DNA from: Pseudomonadota bacterium
GTDB lineage: Bacteria; Bdellovibrionota; Bdellovibrionia; Bdellovibrionales; SG-bin7
Assembly: GCA_034439715.1 (NCBI GenBank)
Contig: JAWXAY010000075.1
Span: forward strand, 15,468-79,467
Direction of reading: 5' to 3'
DNA length: 64,000 nucleotides
Notes under the pieces: model-generated
The model's database searches: none
What the model saw: the letters and a program-made list of their open reading frames with translations, nothing else
What the model was told of the DNA's origin: nothing
Position numbers and translations under genes: made by a program
Shown here: one piece after another, positions 48,655 to 57,987 of the stretch
Layout of the letters: each line of letters opens with the position of its first letter
Position numbering within the stretch: position 1 is the first letter of the stretch

Positions 48655-50613
48655 ATGGCTAAGATTAAGATCCATCTGCCCGACAATTCTATTCGTGAAT
48701 TTGACCAGGAACCTACTATCCTGGAGGTAGCCCTCAATATTGGCGCTCGACTGGCGAAGGATACCGTTGGCGCTTTTATAAATGATGAAAAAGAGATTCA
48801 GGATTTTCGTCAAAAGCTAAAAGACGGTAGCCGCATTAAAATTGTGACTTTGAATTCTATTGAAGGGCGGGAAGTCATTCGTCACTCAGCCGCTCATGTG
48901 ATGGCTCAGGCCGTACAAGAGTTATGGCCAGATATCAAAGTAACTATTGGCCCCGTGATTGATAATGGATTTTATTATGACTTTGATACCCCACGGCCAT
49001 TTACTCCCGATGTATTAGAGAAAATTGAAAAGCAAATGCAAGAAGTGATTAACCGCGATCTTGAGATTGTGCGTGAAGAATGGACCTCTGAAAAAGCGAT
49101 CGCGCTTTTTACTAAAATGGGTGAAAAATTTAAAGTGGAAATCATTCGCGACCTTAATGTGCCCAGCGTTTCGTTATACCGGCAAGGCGACTGGCTTGAT
49201 CTTTGTCGCGGTCCTCATTTGCAAAAAACTAGTCAGATTAAAGCATTTAAGATCCTTTCCATTGCTTCGGCATATTGGCGAGGGGACGAAAAGCGGGAGA
49301 GCCTGCAACGAGTTTATGCGACGGCCTTTGAAAGCAAGCCAGAACTCGAGCGACACTTACATAATCTGGAAGAAGCTAAAAAACGAGATCACCGAAAGTT
49401 GGGTAAAGAGTTAGGCCTAATTTTTTTTCATCCCTTTTCGCCCGGTGGCGCTTTTTTTACCGGTAAGGGCACCATTATTTTTAATCAATTGCAAAATTAC
49501 ATGCGTGAACTTTATAAAGAATATGGCTACCAAGAGGTTATTACACCTCAACTCTTTGACGTCGAAATGTATCATTGTTCGGGTCACTACGATAACTACC
49601 GTGACAATATGTATTTTACTGAAACCGACAAAGGTCAGCACTCTTTTAAGCCTATGAATTGTCCGGGACACTGCCTTCTTTATGCGTCTGATTTACACTC
49701 ATACCGGGAGCTGCCGATTCGCTTTGCTGATTTTGGCAGGCTCCACCGGGCTGAGCGCAGCGGTACCCTCCACGGCTTGACGAGAGTGCGCAGCCTCACA
49801 CAAGACGATGCACATATTTTTTGTACAATGCTTCAACTTCAGAGTGAAATTAAATCCTTTATGCAGTTTTTAACTCGCGTATACGAAACCTTGGGTATGA
49901 ATAAATACACAGTCTATTTGTCAACTCGTCCCCCTAAACGTCTTGGCAGCGATGATGTGTGGGACAAAGCCGAGGACGCGCTCACGGAGGCTCTAAAGGC
50001 GCTCAATATTCCTTACACAGTTAATCCTGGGGATGGCGCTTTTTATGGGCCGAAACTCGACATTATGTTTACTGATGCTTTAGATCGTCCTTGGCAACTG
50101 GGTACACTTCAGTTGGACTTTAATCTTCCTGAGCGGTTTGAACTAAAATATATTGGCGATGACAATAAAGAGCACCGACCTGTCATCCTGCACCGAGCGA
50201 TTTTGGGAACTCTCGAGCGTTTTATCGGTGTTTTTTTGGAACATACCGCTGGCAAGTTGCCAACCTGGCTAGCGCCCATTCAGATCCAGATTTTAAATTT
50301 GACTGATCGCCAAAAGGATTACTGTGAAATGTTGGTGAAATCCTTCAGAGCCAATAACATCCGCGTTCATTTTGATGATCGCGTTGAAAAACTGGGCTTT
50401 AAAATTCGAGAGGGACAGCTACAAAAAATCCCCTACCTCGTAATTGTTGGCGAGAAAGAAGTTGAAACCAAAACAATTTCTGTTCGCCTTTTAGGTGGCG
50501 AGCAAAAAAATGCATTAGATTTGAATCAGTTTATTAACACTTTAAATTCCGAAATTGGTGGACGCTTAAACAAGAGCCCACTTGCGGAATTAAAACAGGA
50601 GGTCAGTCATTAA
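48655..50613 (+). CDS. thrS: Threonine--tRNA ligase
   Basis: RHSAAH, DLCRGPH, KPMNCPGH, GAFYGPK, HRAILG. Confidence 0.98.
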   Translation: MAKIKIHLPDNSIREFDQEPTILEVALNIGARLAKDTVGAFINDEKEIQDFRQKLKDGSRIKIVTLNSIEGREVIRHSAAHVMAQAVQELWPDIKVTIGPVIDNGFYYDFDTPRPFTPDVLEKIEKQMQEVINRDLEIVREEWTSEKAIALFTKMGEKFKVEIIRDLNVPSVSLYRQGDWLDLCRGPHLQKTSQIKAFKILSIASAYWRGDEKRESLQRVYATAFESKPELERHLHNLEEAKKRDHRKLGKELGLIFFHPFSPGGAFFTGKGTIIFNQLQNYMRELYKEYGYQEVITPQLFDVEMYHCSGHYDNYRDNMYFTETDKGQHSFKPMNCPGHCLLYASDLHSYRELPIRFADFGRLHRAERSGTLHGLTRVRSLTQDDAHIFCTMLQLQSEIKSFMQFLTRVYETLGMNKYTVYLSTRPPKRLGSDDVWDKAEDALTEALKALNIPYTVNPGDGAFYGPKLDIMFTDALDRPWQLGTLQLDFNLPERFELKYIGDDNKEHRPVILHRAILGTLERFIGVFLEHTAGKLPTWLAPIQIQILNLTDRQKDYCEMLVKSFRANNIRVHFDDRVEKLGFKIREGQLQKIPYLVIVGEKEVETKTISVRLLGGEQKNALDLNQFINTLNSEIGGRLNKSPLAELKQEVSH

Positions 50614-51283
50614 AGATTTTAAAGGTAGTAATCCATCACCCCCGGCACCGTTAGGCGGCCCAAGTTTTAGAAGGCCACAAAAATCTAAAGAGCCTAGTTT
50701 AAGAGTTAATCGTGAGATCAACGCCCAAGAAGTAAGAGTCGTTGATGAAGAAGGAAAAATGCTTGGTGTTTTTCATCCACGTGAGGCTTTAAAAATGGCC
50801 GAAGAAAAGGGGCTTGACCTCTTAGAGATTGCACCTAACTCGACCCCCCCCACCTGTAAGATAATGGATTTTGGAAAATGGAAGTATGAAGCCAAGAAGA
50901 AGGCTCATCAGGCGCGAAAAAACCAAACCATAATAGTGGTTAAGGAAATTCAAATTCGGCCGCGAACTGATCAGCATGACCTCGATACTAAACTTCGCCA
51001 TGCGAGGCGCTTTCTTTTGGAGGGCGACAAGGTAAAGATTAGTCTGCGGTTTTTAGGTCGTGAAATGGCTCATCAAGAGTTCGGCAGAGAAGTTGTAAGT
51101 AGTTTTATTAAAGCTTTGGACGACATATGTATAGTTGAATCTCCGCCAAAATCTGAGGGAAAACAACTATTTGTGCTTCTTGGGCCAGATCCGGTTAAAA
51201 TAAAAGAATACAAAGCCAAGTTGCCGAAAGAGCCCCTTAATACGGAGAATGATCAGCCCAAAGAACGAGGTGGGGAGGGATAA
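50609..51283 (+). CDS. infC: Translation initiation factor IF-3 with probable ATT start
   Basis: AGGAGG at 50597-50602 then ATT at 50609, in frame with the 50759 ORF and adding RVNREINAQEVRVVDEEG; CKIMDFGK and FLGRE motifs. Confidence 0.92.
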   Translation: MKDFKGSNPSPPAPLGGPSFRRPQKSKEPSLRVNREINAQEVRVVDEEGKMLGVFHPREALKMAEEKGLDLLEIAPNSTPPTCKIMDFGKWKYEAKKKAHQARKNQTIIVVKEIQIRPRTDQHDLDTKLRHARRFLLEGDKVKISLRFLGREMAHQEFGREVVSSFIKALDDICIVESPPKSEGKQLFVLLGPDPVKIKEYKAKLPKEPLNTENDQPKERGGEG

Positions 51284-51288
51284 ATCTC

Positions 51289-51316
51289 TTGTCATATCCC
51301 CTTCTTGTGGTATTAA
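51289..51316 (+). promoter_or_regulatory. Candidate sigma70 promoter for rpmI-rplT
   Basis: TTGTCA-N16-TATTAA, with TG just upstream of the -10 element. Confidence 0.5.
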
Positions 51317-51381
51317 ATGTGACTCCCTCTCAGCGGAGGGAATAGCCAATTAGGAAAAACTAGGAAAAACCAGGATAGACA

Positions 51382-51573
51382 ATGAAAGCCAAAACCCATA
51401 GCGGATCAAAAAAACGATTTAAAGTATTACCTAGCGGTAAAGTTCGCCGAAAAAAAGCGGGTCTTCGTCACTTATTGACGGGCCGGTCTAAAAAAAACAA
51501 GCGAAGTTTACGACATAAAGTTTATGTTCATAGTGCAAATAGACGAGCTATTCGTAGTTTGATGGTCTTTTAA
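51382..51573 (+). CDS. rpmI: 50S ribosomal protein L35
   Basis: [11 protein letters not shown]...HLL; synteny. Confidence 0.96.
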   Translation: MKAKTHSGSKKRFKVLPSGKVRRKKAGLRHLLTGRSKKNKRSLRHKVYVHSANRRAIRSLMVF

Positions 51574-51600
51574 AAATTAGAGAAAGGTATTGGGGGAGCA

Positions 51601-51969
51601 ATGAGGGTTAAACGCGGTTTTAAAGCCAGACGTCGTAGAAAAAAGATTTTAAAAAGAGCCAGTGGATTTTATGGACGTGGTAAAGCTTGTTTTGAGATTG
51701 CTAAAAACCTAGCCGATAGAGCCCTTGCCTACGCCTATCGTGATCGAAAAGTTAAAAAGCGATTTTTTAGAGGGCTTTGGAATATCCGAATAGGAGCTGC
51801 GGCTAAACTCAATGGCACCAATTATTCTCGCTTTATGGGTGCTCTTAGAAAAGCGGGGATTGAATTAAATCGCAAGACTCTTGCCGAAATGGCAGTCGCA
51901 GATGCCAAAGGATTTTCTGCTCTTGTTGAGAAAATTAGATCTCACTTACCCAGCACTACTAAAGCCTAA
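51601..51969 (+). CDS. rplT: 50S ribosomal protein L20
   Basis: MRVKRG, YAYRDRKVKKRFFRGLW, LNRKTLAEMA. Confidence 0.97.
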   Translation: MRVKRGFKARRRRKKILKRASGFYGRGKACFEIAKNLADRALAYAYRDRKVKKRFFRGLWNIRIGAAAKLNGTNYSRFMGALRKAGIELNRKTLAEMAVADAKGFSALVEKIRSHLPSTTKA

Positions 51970-51986
51970 TCTGAGCGGATGCTGGA

Positions 51987-53333
51987 TTGGAAAAAGGAAC
52001 TGAAGTCGCCAAAATTTTCGCGGGGTTTTCTAAATTGCATCGAGCGGACAGGCTCGCCCGCCTTCTTGAGATCGGCGCCCTAACCTCAGCAGATGTTGCA
52101 TTTCTAAATTCGGGGGGTCTCGAGAATGCTGACCTTGCTGAAAAATTTATTGAAAATGTTATTGGTTATTTTCAAATTCCTTTAGGAGTTGCCACCAACT
52201 TTAGAATTGATGGTACCGACTATGTGATTCCTATGGCCGTCGAAGAAACCTCCATCGTTGCAGCAGCAAGCAAAACGGCGAAATGGATTCGTGAGACTGG
52301 CGAAATAAAAACCGAGTCCCTGGGCAATCTCATTATTGGTCAAATTCAGCTAGCCAATGTTCGAAGTTTTGGCCTCGTCCGCGAAAAAATAATATCTCAC
52401 AAGAAACAACTTATAAATCAGGCCAATGCCATCGTAGCTTCAGGGCTAGTTCGTCGCGGTGGAGGGGTTCAGGATCTTGTCGTGCGCCAAGTTCCACGAG
52501 GTGATGGCAACGATATGGCTGTGATTCATGTGCTGGCGGATCCTTGCGATTCGATGGGCGCTAATACTATCAACCAAGTGTGTGAATTTTTAAAAAAACC
52601 AATTGAAGACCTAACCGACGAGAAAGTTTCGTTGTGTATCCTGTCCAACCTCGTTGACACACGCTTAACTCGGGTCACAATAATTATCAGAAATATCAAC
52701 CCTGAGTTGGGCCATAGAATTGAAGAGGCATCATTATTTGCCCTGCGAGATCCCTATCGAGCGGCAACTAATAATAAAGGAGTGCTAAACGGTATCGACG
52801 CTGTGCTCGTTGCCACCGGCAATGACTGGCGTGCCGTTGAAGCCGGAGTCCACGCTTATGCCGCAAGAAGTGGACAGTATCGCTCGATTACCGAGTGGAA
52901 AATGCAGGGGTGCGACCTCATTGGGATTCTAGAGGCTCCCGTGGTTGTGGCTACTGCTGGTGGTGTAACTCAAGCTCATCCAACAGCAAAAATGTGTTTA
53001 GAAATGATTGGCCTTAAAAAATCAATGGACCTTTCGCGAGTCATTGCGGCGGTTGGATTAGTGCAAAATTTGGGTGCTCTGCGTGCTCTAACGACTGAGG
53101 GAATTATTGAAGGGCACATGAAGCTTCATATCAAAAACCTTATAATTCACGCTGGTGCGACTGACTACGAAGCCCCTATTCTTCAAGGTAAATTAGAAGA
53201 AATTTTAGCGCTTACAAAACGAATTACATTGAGTACCGTCATTGAAGTATTAAATGAAATTCGCGGTATTAAAGAGGATCTTGAAGATTTAATAGAGCCG
53301 TTAAATCCCTTAAAGAAATCAAAAAATCAGTAA
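51987..53333 (+). CDS. mvaA: Class II HMG-CoA reductase
   Basis: ENVIG, PMAVEETSIVAAAS, DSMGAN, NNKG, GNDWRA, GHMKLH. Confidence 0.92.
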   Translation: MEKGTEVAKIFAGFSKLHRADRLARLLEIGALTSADVAFLNSGGLENADLAEKFIENVIGYFQIPLGVATNFRIDGTDYVIPMAVEETSIVAAASKTAKWIRETGEIKTESLGNLIIGQIQLANVRSFGLVREKIISHKKQLINQANAIVASGLVRRGGGVQDLVVRQVPRGDGNDMAVIHVLADPCDSMGANTINQVCEFLKKPIEDLTDEKVSLCILSNLVDTRLTRVTIIIRNINPELGHRIEEASLFALRDPYRAATNNKGVLNGIDAVLVATGNDWRAVEAGVHAYAARSGQYRSITEWKMQGCDLIGILEAPVVVATAGGVTQAHPTAKMCLEMIGLKKSMDLSRVIAAVGLVQNLGALRALTTEGIIEGHMKLHIKNLIIHAGATDYEAPILQGKLEEILALTKRITLSTVIEVLNEIRGIKEDLEDLIEPLNPLKKSKNQ

Positions 53334-53399
53334 TCATTAATAATACCGACCGCCGAGCTTTCCACTTAAATACAACTTTATTTTTTCATAATAATTTTC

Positions 53400-54470
53400 T
53401 TAATGTTTTTTAAGCTCAGTCAGTGACTTTACCAGTTCACCTACAACTGGTTTTGCTGTTGCTGAAATATTTTTTGGGGCGGGTACCGTCATATTGTTAA
53501 GAATATCTTGGAAGCCCTTACCAACAATTGTTGGCAATACAGGTCTAATACCAAACTTATTTAAGATCAGCCGAGTAAGAACCGCACCTTTGGTAACCTT
53601 AATGGCAAAACCTAATTTAGAGGAATTAGAAAGTTCAGCAAAAGAAGCTTCCCAAGGAGCCATCATCATTTTGCCCAAAGTGATAGGATTGCTAATATCG
53701 CCTGCGACATAAATAATTGATTTGATGGCGAGCAGATTGTAGCGAAGACCGAGCATCAATTTTAAGCGTTCTTCGTTTTGAGCAATAATTTGTATGTATT
53801 CTGGAGCTGCTAGTGTTTGATTTTTTCCAGCTTTTTCTTCGGCGATTGCATTTACGCCCTCAACTAAAACATCAAAAAATGAAACAGGTTTAAAGTTTTT
53901 TTCTTTTGCCATAATTTCTTGATTGGGATTGAGTTCATGCATAACCCCAGCGAGCGCATAAAGATTTTTAAGAGCGTTGTCTTCTTTAGAGTTCTCGTCG
54001 TTTTTAGGCGGGCGTTTATTGAGAATATCAGAAATAGTTGCAGCGCTTAGATTTTGCGGCAAGTACTCAGTAATGTCGTGAAAGAATCGGCCAACGGCCA
54101 ATTTATACATTAAATTACGGTGTTCTTCGTTATCGTTTTTAAAGCCACCTTTCCAAAGTTGAAATTCCATAGAAGCATAATAAAATGCCGCTGCTACCAT
54201 TTTGGCTTCGAGACTAGTTTCTTCATTCATAGCATCTAAGGCGATGAAACCATCTTTAACAGATTCATTAAGGCGCATGTCGAGGTAAGTGTGATTTGCA
54301 GTTTCCGAAACTGTGTCCGTCGACATTTTCATTTGTTTCATGAGGTCATAGGTTTCCGACATTTTTTTATTCATTTCTAAGGTGTTGTCGTGCATTTCCT
54401 TCATATCTTTTTTCATAGAACAGGCCGAGGCTATTAGCGCGACGGATAGCAAATTTAAAATGGTTTTCAT
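53400..54470 (-). CDS. Hypothetical lipoprotein with Met-rich N-terminal coiled coil
   Basis: ASAC lipobox; MKKDMKEMHDNTLEMNKKMSETYDLMKQMK heptad-like pattern. Confidence 0.6.
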   Translation of the reverse strand: MKTILNLLSVALIASACSMKKDMKEMHDNTLEMNKKMSETYDLMKQMKMSTDTVSETANHTYLDMRLNESVKDGFIALDAMNEETSLEAKMVAAAFYYASMEFQLWKGGFKNDNEEHRNLMYKLAVGRFFHDITEYLPQNLSAATISDILNKRPPKNDENSKEDNALKNLYALAGVMHELNPNQEIMAKEKNFKPVSFFDVLVEGVNAIAEEKAGKNQTLAAPEYIQIIAQNEERLKLMLGLRYNLLAIKSIIYVAGDISNPITLGKMMMAPWEASFAELSNSSKLGFAIKVTKGAVLTRLILNKFGIRPVLPTIVGKGFQDILNNMTVPAPKNISATAKPVVGELVKSLTELKKH

Positions 54471-54564
54471 AGGCACTCCAAAATTGACGAAATCACGGCT
54501 AACTTAACATTTATAATGTATCGCGTCAAGTCATTAGAAACACTTTTGTTTTAGTATTACAAGC

Positions 54565-54580
54565 TGGCATGAGTGTTGCT
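54565..54580 (+). promoter_or_regulatory. Candidate sigma54 (-24/-12) promoter
   Basis: TGGCATGAGTGTTGCT matches TGGCAY-N5-TTGCW, about 43 nt upstream of ATG 54624. Confidence 0.6.
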
Positions 54581-54623
54581 CTATTACAGCTGCAATTGGC
54601 TTAGAATTAATATAGGAGATTAT

Positions 54624-54950
54624 ATGAAAAAACTGGCGGCTCTTTTTTGTTTATTGTCTGTTGTTTTGACAGCACGTGCTCAAGGCGCAGAAGTGAATGG
54701 TTGTTCTAGTGAAGCCTTCAAGGCTACGGAAGCTGTTGCTATTATAAATGGGAGCGACACTGTTCGCATTACCACAAAGACTATGATTGCTGGAAAAGAG
54801 ATTGAACCCGGAGTGTTTCAGTATACTTACACCTATCGTCCGTATCTAAATGAAGAACTACAGACCGGTAGCTATAAAACCACAGTCAGAAACTCAGAAG
54901 TCGGTTGTCGAGTCATTAACATCGACGTAGAAGTCCCAGAATCATTTTAG
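54624..54950 (+). CDS. Small secreted hypothetical protein
   Basis: AGGAG SD, signal peptide MKKLAALFCLLSVVLTARA, two Cys in the mature region. Confidence 0.65.
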   Translation: MKKLAALFCLLSVVLTARAQGAEVNGCSSEAFKATEAVAIINGSDTVRITTKTMIAGKEIEPGVFQYTYTYRPYLNEELQTGSYKTTVRNSEVGCRVINIDVEVPESF

Positions 54951-54951
54951 T

Positions 54952-55956
54952 CTATGTGTGTCCCATCGGTGTAATTTCCAAATTAGGAAGTGTGTCCATG
55001 CAATCAAAATACGGGCATGCTTGCCACTGGCAATCATTAACACCAGGACATGTCACAGTTGGCGCAATCACAGATACATCTCGACCACGTGGCCCCCAAC
55101 GCTTCGACGATTGAGTCTGCACGGGACTAAATATTCCTAAAGTTTTAACTCCTGTTGAGGCTGCTAAGTGCATGACGCCCGTACTAGGTGCGATTACCAT
55201 TTGGGCTTCTTGCGCGACGGCGATAACTTCACGACCGCTTAGTTTTTCATTAAGCCAAATAATATTATTAAATCCCCTTAGTTTTTCAAAGAGCGGAGCA
55301 ATAAAGGGTAAGTCTGATTTGGTACCGGTAATTACCACTATTGTTTTTTCAAGGTATTTACTAATGAGAGAAATATAATATTCGGAGTTGGCATTTCGCG
55401 ATGACCCCCCCATGCCAGGATGAACCATCAGGTAAGATTTAGGCTCGAGGTTAAATTTTTTCAGGAGAGTGCCTGCTTCAGGAATCCTTAGTTCCAAATG
55501 GGGTTTAGATACATAGGGAATACTCAATACATAAGATGCTAGTTCAAAATTGTATTCGGACTCATGCTTGGCGCTTTGACTGCGACTTTGCCGTAGTCCC
55601 TTATTTAAGAATAGGTAAGAGTGCCACTGACTAAGTCTACCACCGCGGGTGGGCACACCTGCAAGAAAGCAAGCCAAGCTTAACCACCAAGGCCCGTGAA
55701 AAAGAATAGAAACATCTGTGGGGTTAGCCTTAAGCCAGCTATAAAGTCGCCAAAATTCACGCCAGGGGCGGAGTTTATTGACAGTCAGGAAGGTTCTTTT
55801 TTTTTGGCTAGCCTCAGCTATAAACTCAAGGCCCTGCGAAATCCACCAAGTGATTTCATTTTTGGCTGTATCTAGGGACTGATCAACAGGCAGGGTTAGT
55901 ACTAAATCCCCAATGCGGTCGACACGAATAAAAAGAAGTTTTCTTAGCCTATTCAT
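54952..55956 (-). CDS. Glycosyltransferase family 9 (LPS heptosyltransferase-like)
   Basis: RVDRIGDLVLTLP, VHPG, STGVMHLAAS, RWGP. Confidence 0.88.
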   Translation of the reverse strand: MNRLRKLLFIRVDRIGDLVLTLPVDQSLDTAKNEITWWISQGLEFIAEASQKKRTFLTVNKLRPWREFWRLYSWLKANPTDVSILFHGPWWLSLACFLAGVPTRGGRLSQWHSYLFLNKGLRQSRSQSAKHESEYNFELASYVLSIPYVSKPHLELRIPEAGTLLKKFNLEPKSYLMVHPGMGGSSRNANSEYYISLISKYLEKTIVVITGTKSDLPFIAPLFEKLRGFNNIIWLNEKLSGREVIAVAQEAQMVIAPSTGVMHLAASTGVKTLGIFSPVQTQSSKRWGPRGRDVSVIAPTVTCPGVNDCQWQACPYFDCMDTLPNLEITPMGHT

Positions 55957-56008
55957 AGGCACCTCAGTATAAGGTGCCTATTTTGAAAAATCAAAAAAGA
56001 TCTACAGA

Positions 56009-56911
56009 TTAATATCTTCTAGCTGTAGCGGTTTGGTTTCTTTGCCTTTCCTCTTCGTCGTCGGGAGGGGGAGCATTGGGGTCGGGAATATTGAACCAAC
56101 AGCGGGGGCGACCGCCCACTTCGCCTAAGGCACAAACGCCTATGGTGGGATCAACATCATCAACATCTATATTAAAATCAACCGTACAAAGAGCGCCTGC
56201 AAAATAGGTGTCCATCCTGCATTGTGCGGGTGGATGGTAATTAATTGTAGTTTCAGTTTTCGACTTATCCGGAGTATCAAACTCGGGCATGGTCTGGCCG
56301 CCAAGTTGAGCTAACAGGCGAGCTACACCTTTTCCTGCCATTGCACTTCGTTTGCAAACGGCGACGTCCATAGCTTTTGACCAAGCTTTTTCGCAAGCGA
56401 GGGCTGCTACTTCATCGATTTTCATGTTTGCGACAATGGACACACTGTCTTCGTCAGCCCAGATTCTGTGGAGACATTTAAGTGTGCCGTAATAGTCACT
56501 TTCACCTTCATTACTAGCCCAACCCATTTTCGGGTGTCCGCCTATGTGGTGACCGATTTCGTGACAAGCCACCAGAGTGAATCCATCTTGTGTGACTTCT
56601 TGATGACGGGCTAATCCTCCAAACATAGAGATAATCCACTGATCACCATTCTGTTCGGCATAGGCATTAACGGTTCCGTCCTCCCAGAATCGCCGAACCA
56701 CAAAGGTGGCGTCTCGCTTTTCAAAAATAGGAGAGTAGATGCGCTCAACTTTGTCGAGAGCCGCAGTAAATTCTTCTTCAGAAATGCCACTGAAATTCAT
56801 GTTAACCGACAACTTCAAATTGTTTTCGGGCGCGAATTCGTGGGCTTGGTGTTGCGGCATGTTTAGTGCCATGAACGGCACAAAAGCCAGTGCCATTAAA
56901 CTATTTTTCAT
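56009..56911 (-). CDS. Secreted HExxH zinc metalloprotease (paralog 2)
   Basis: VNAYA, ACHEIGHHIGG, NEGESDYYG, HPPAQCRMDT; signal peptide. Confidence 0.8.
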   Translation of the reverse strand: MKNSLMALAFVPFMALNMPQHQAHEFAPENNLKLSVNMNFSGISEEEFTAALDKVERIYSPIFEKRDATFVVRRFWEDGTVNAYAEQNGDQWIISMFGGLARHQEVTQDGFTLVACHEIGHHIGGHPKMGWASNEGESDYYGTLKCLHRIWADEDSVSIVANMKIDEVAALACEKAWSKAMDVAVCKRSAMAGKGVARLLAQLGGQTMPEFDTPDKSKTETTINYHPPAQCRMDTYFAGALCTVDFNIDVDDVDPTIGVCALGEVGGRPRCWFNIPDPNAPPPDDEEERQRNQTATARRY

Positions 56912-56940
56912 TATTTGCCTCCATAAATAAATTGAACGTT

Positions 56941-56981
56941 AAAAAGAAAAAAGGAGAGACCATCCTGGCTTCTCCTTTTTT
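56941..56981 (-). terminator. Rho-independent terminator between the two protease paralogs
   Basis: Minus strand AAAAAAGGAGA-AGCCAGGATGGTC-TCTCCTTTTTT followed by CTTTTT. Confidence 0.75.
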
Positions 56982-56997
56982 CAGTTGAATCTAAATT

Positions 56998-57858
56998 TTA
57001 GTTTTTATCTTTTGGTTCTGCATACCAGCAGAGGGGGCGCGCGGCAGGCTCTTGATCTTTGTATTTGCGTGAGCAAACACCGAGATTAAAATCATCACCA
57101 TCAATATCAACGTCTATATCAGAGCTAACGTTGCAATAGGATCCACGGTAGTAAGTGTCTAAGCGGCACTGACCTGCGGGATGGCTGTTATTTGTTTTCT
57201 TAACTACCTTTGAATCGGGAGTTTCAAATTTAGGCATGTCTTCGCCGCCAAGAGATGAAAGCAAGCGACCCAGCGCCATACCCGCCATCGCACCACGTTT
57301 ACAAATTGCGACTTCGTTGGCATCTTTAGAATAGGCCTCACAAGTTTCAACAGCGACGGGGTCAATTTCTGCTTTACTCACGATTTTTTCGTTGTCGTCT
57401 TTGGCCCAAACTTTTCGCAAACACTTGAGGCTTCCGAAATAGTCCGATTGGCCTTCATTCGATGCCCAGGCAATTTTGGGGCCTCCACCGAGATGGTGAC
57501 CAATTTCGTGACAGGCGACTAAAGTCATACCGTCAGCGGTAGTCTCTTTGTGTCTTGCTAAGCCGCCGAACATTTCGATGTGCCACGTTTTACCTGTTTG
57601 CCAGGCTTGAGCATTGACAGTGTCGTCGTCCCAACTTCTAACGAGATCAAAAGTGGCGCCATAGCCAGAAAAAATGGGTGTGTAAATTTTTTCAACTTGA
57701 TCCAAAAGATCATTAAACTGATCTTCAGTTATTCCTGAACCACCCACAAATCCGACTGGAATGTGCAGATTGTTTTTCGGAATACATTGATCAGCTTTGA
57801 ATGCATTTGCTGAACTCAAAAGAGAGAGGGTTGCTAATAGGGGAATTAAAAATTTCAT
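56998..57858 (-). CDS. Secreted HExxH zinc metalloprotease (paralog 1)
   Basis: VNAQA, ACHEIGHHLGG, NEGQSDYFG, HPAGQCRLDT; signal peptide ending ANA. Confidence 0.8.
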   Translation of the reverse strand: MKFLIPLLATLSLLSSANAFKADQCIPKNNLHIPVGFVGGSGITEDQFNDLLDQVEKIYTPIFSGYGATFDLVRSWDDDTVNAQAWQTGKTWHIEMFGGLARHKETTADGMTLVACHEIGHHLGGGPKIAWASNEGQSDYFGSLKCLRKVWAKDDNEKIVSKAEIDPVAVETCEAYSKDANEVAICKRGAMAGMALGRLLSSLGGEDMPKFETPDSKVVKKTNNSHPAGQCRLDTYYRGSYCNVSSDIDVDIDGDDFNLGVCSRKYKDQEPAARPLCWYAEPKDKN

Positions 57859-57987
57859 GCGGTAACTCCTTTTACCTTAGTGTTAATAAATCTATTAAGA
57901 TCCATCTTAATTTTCATACTTTAATATGGTTTATTTTTTGTACGAAATGTGCAACGAACTAAATTTTATTCTTGTGCAAAGGTTTAT

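Noticed and set aside
48640..48660. tRNA-Thr anticodon-mimic operator upstream of thrS (TTTGTAA)
   Set aside because: No convincing stem encloses the 7-nt loop
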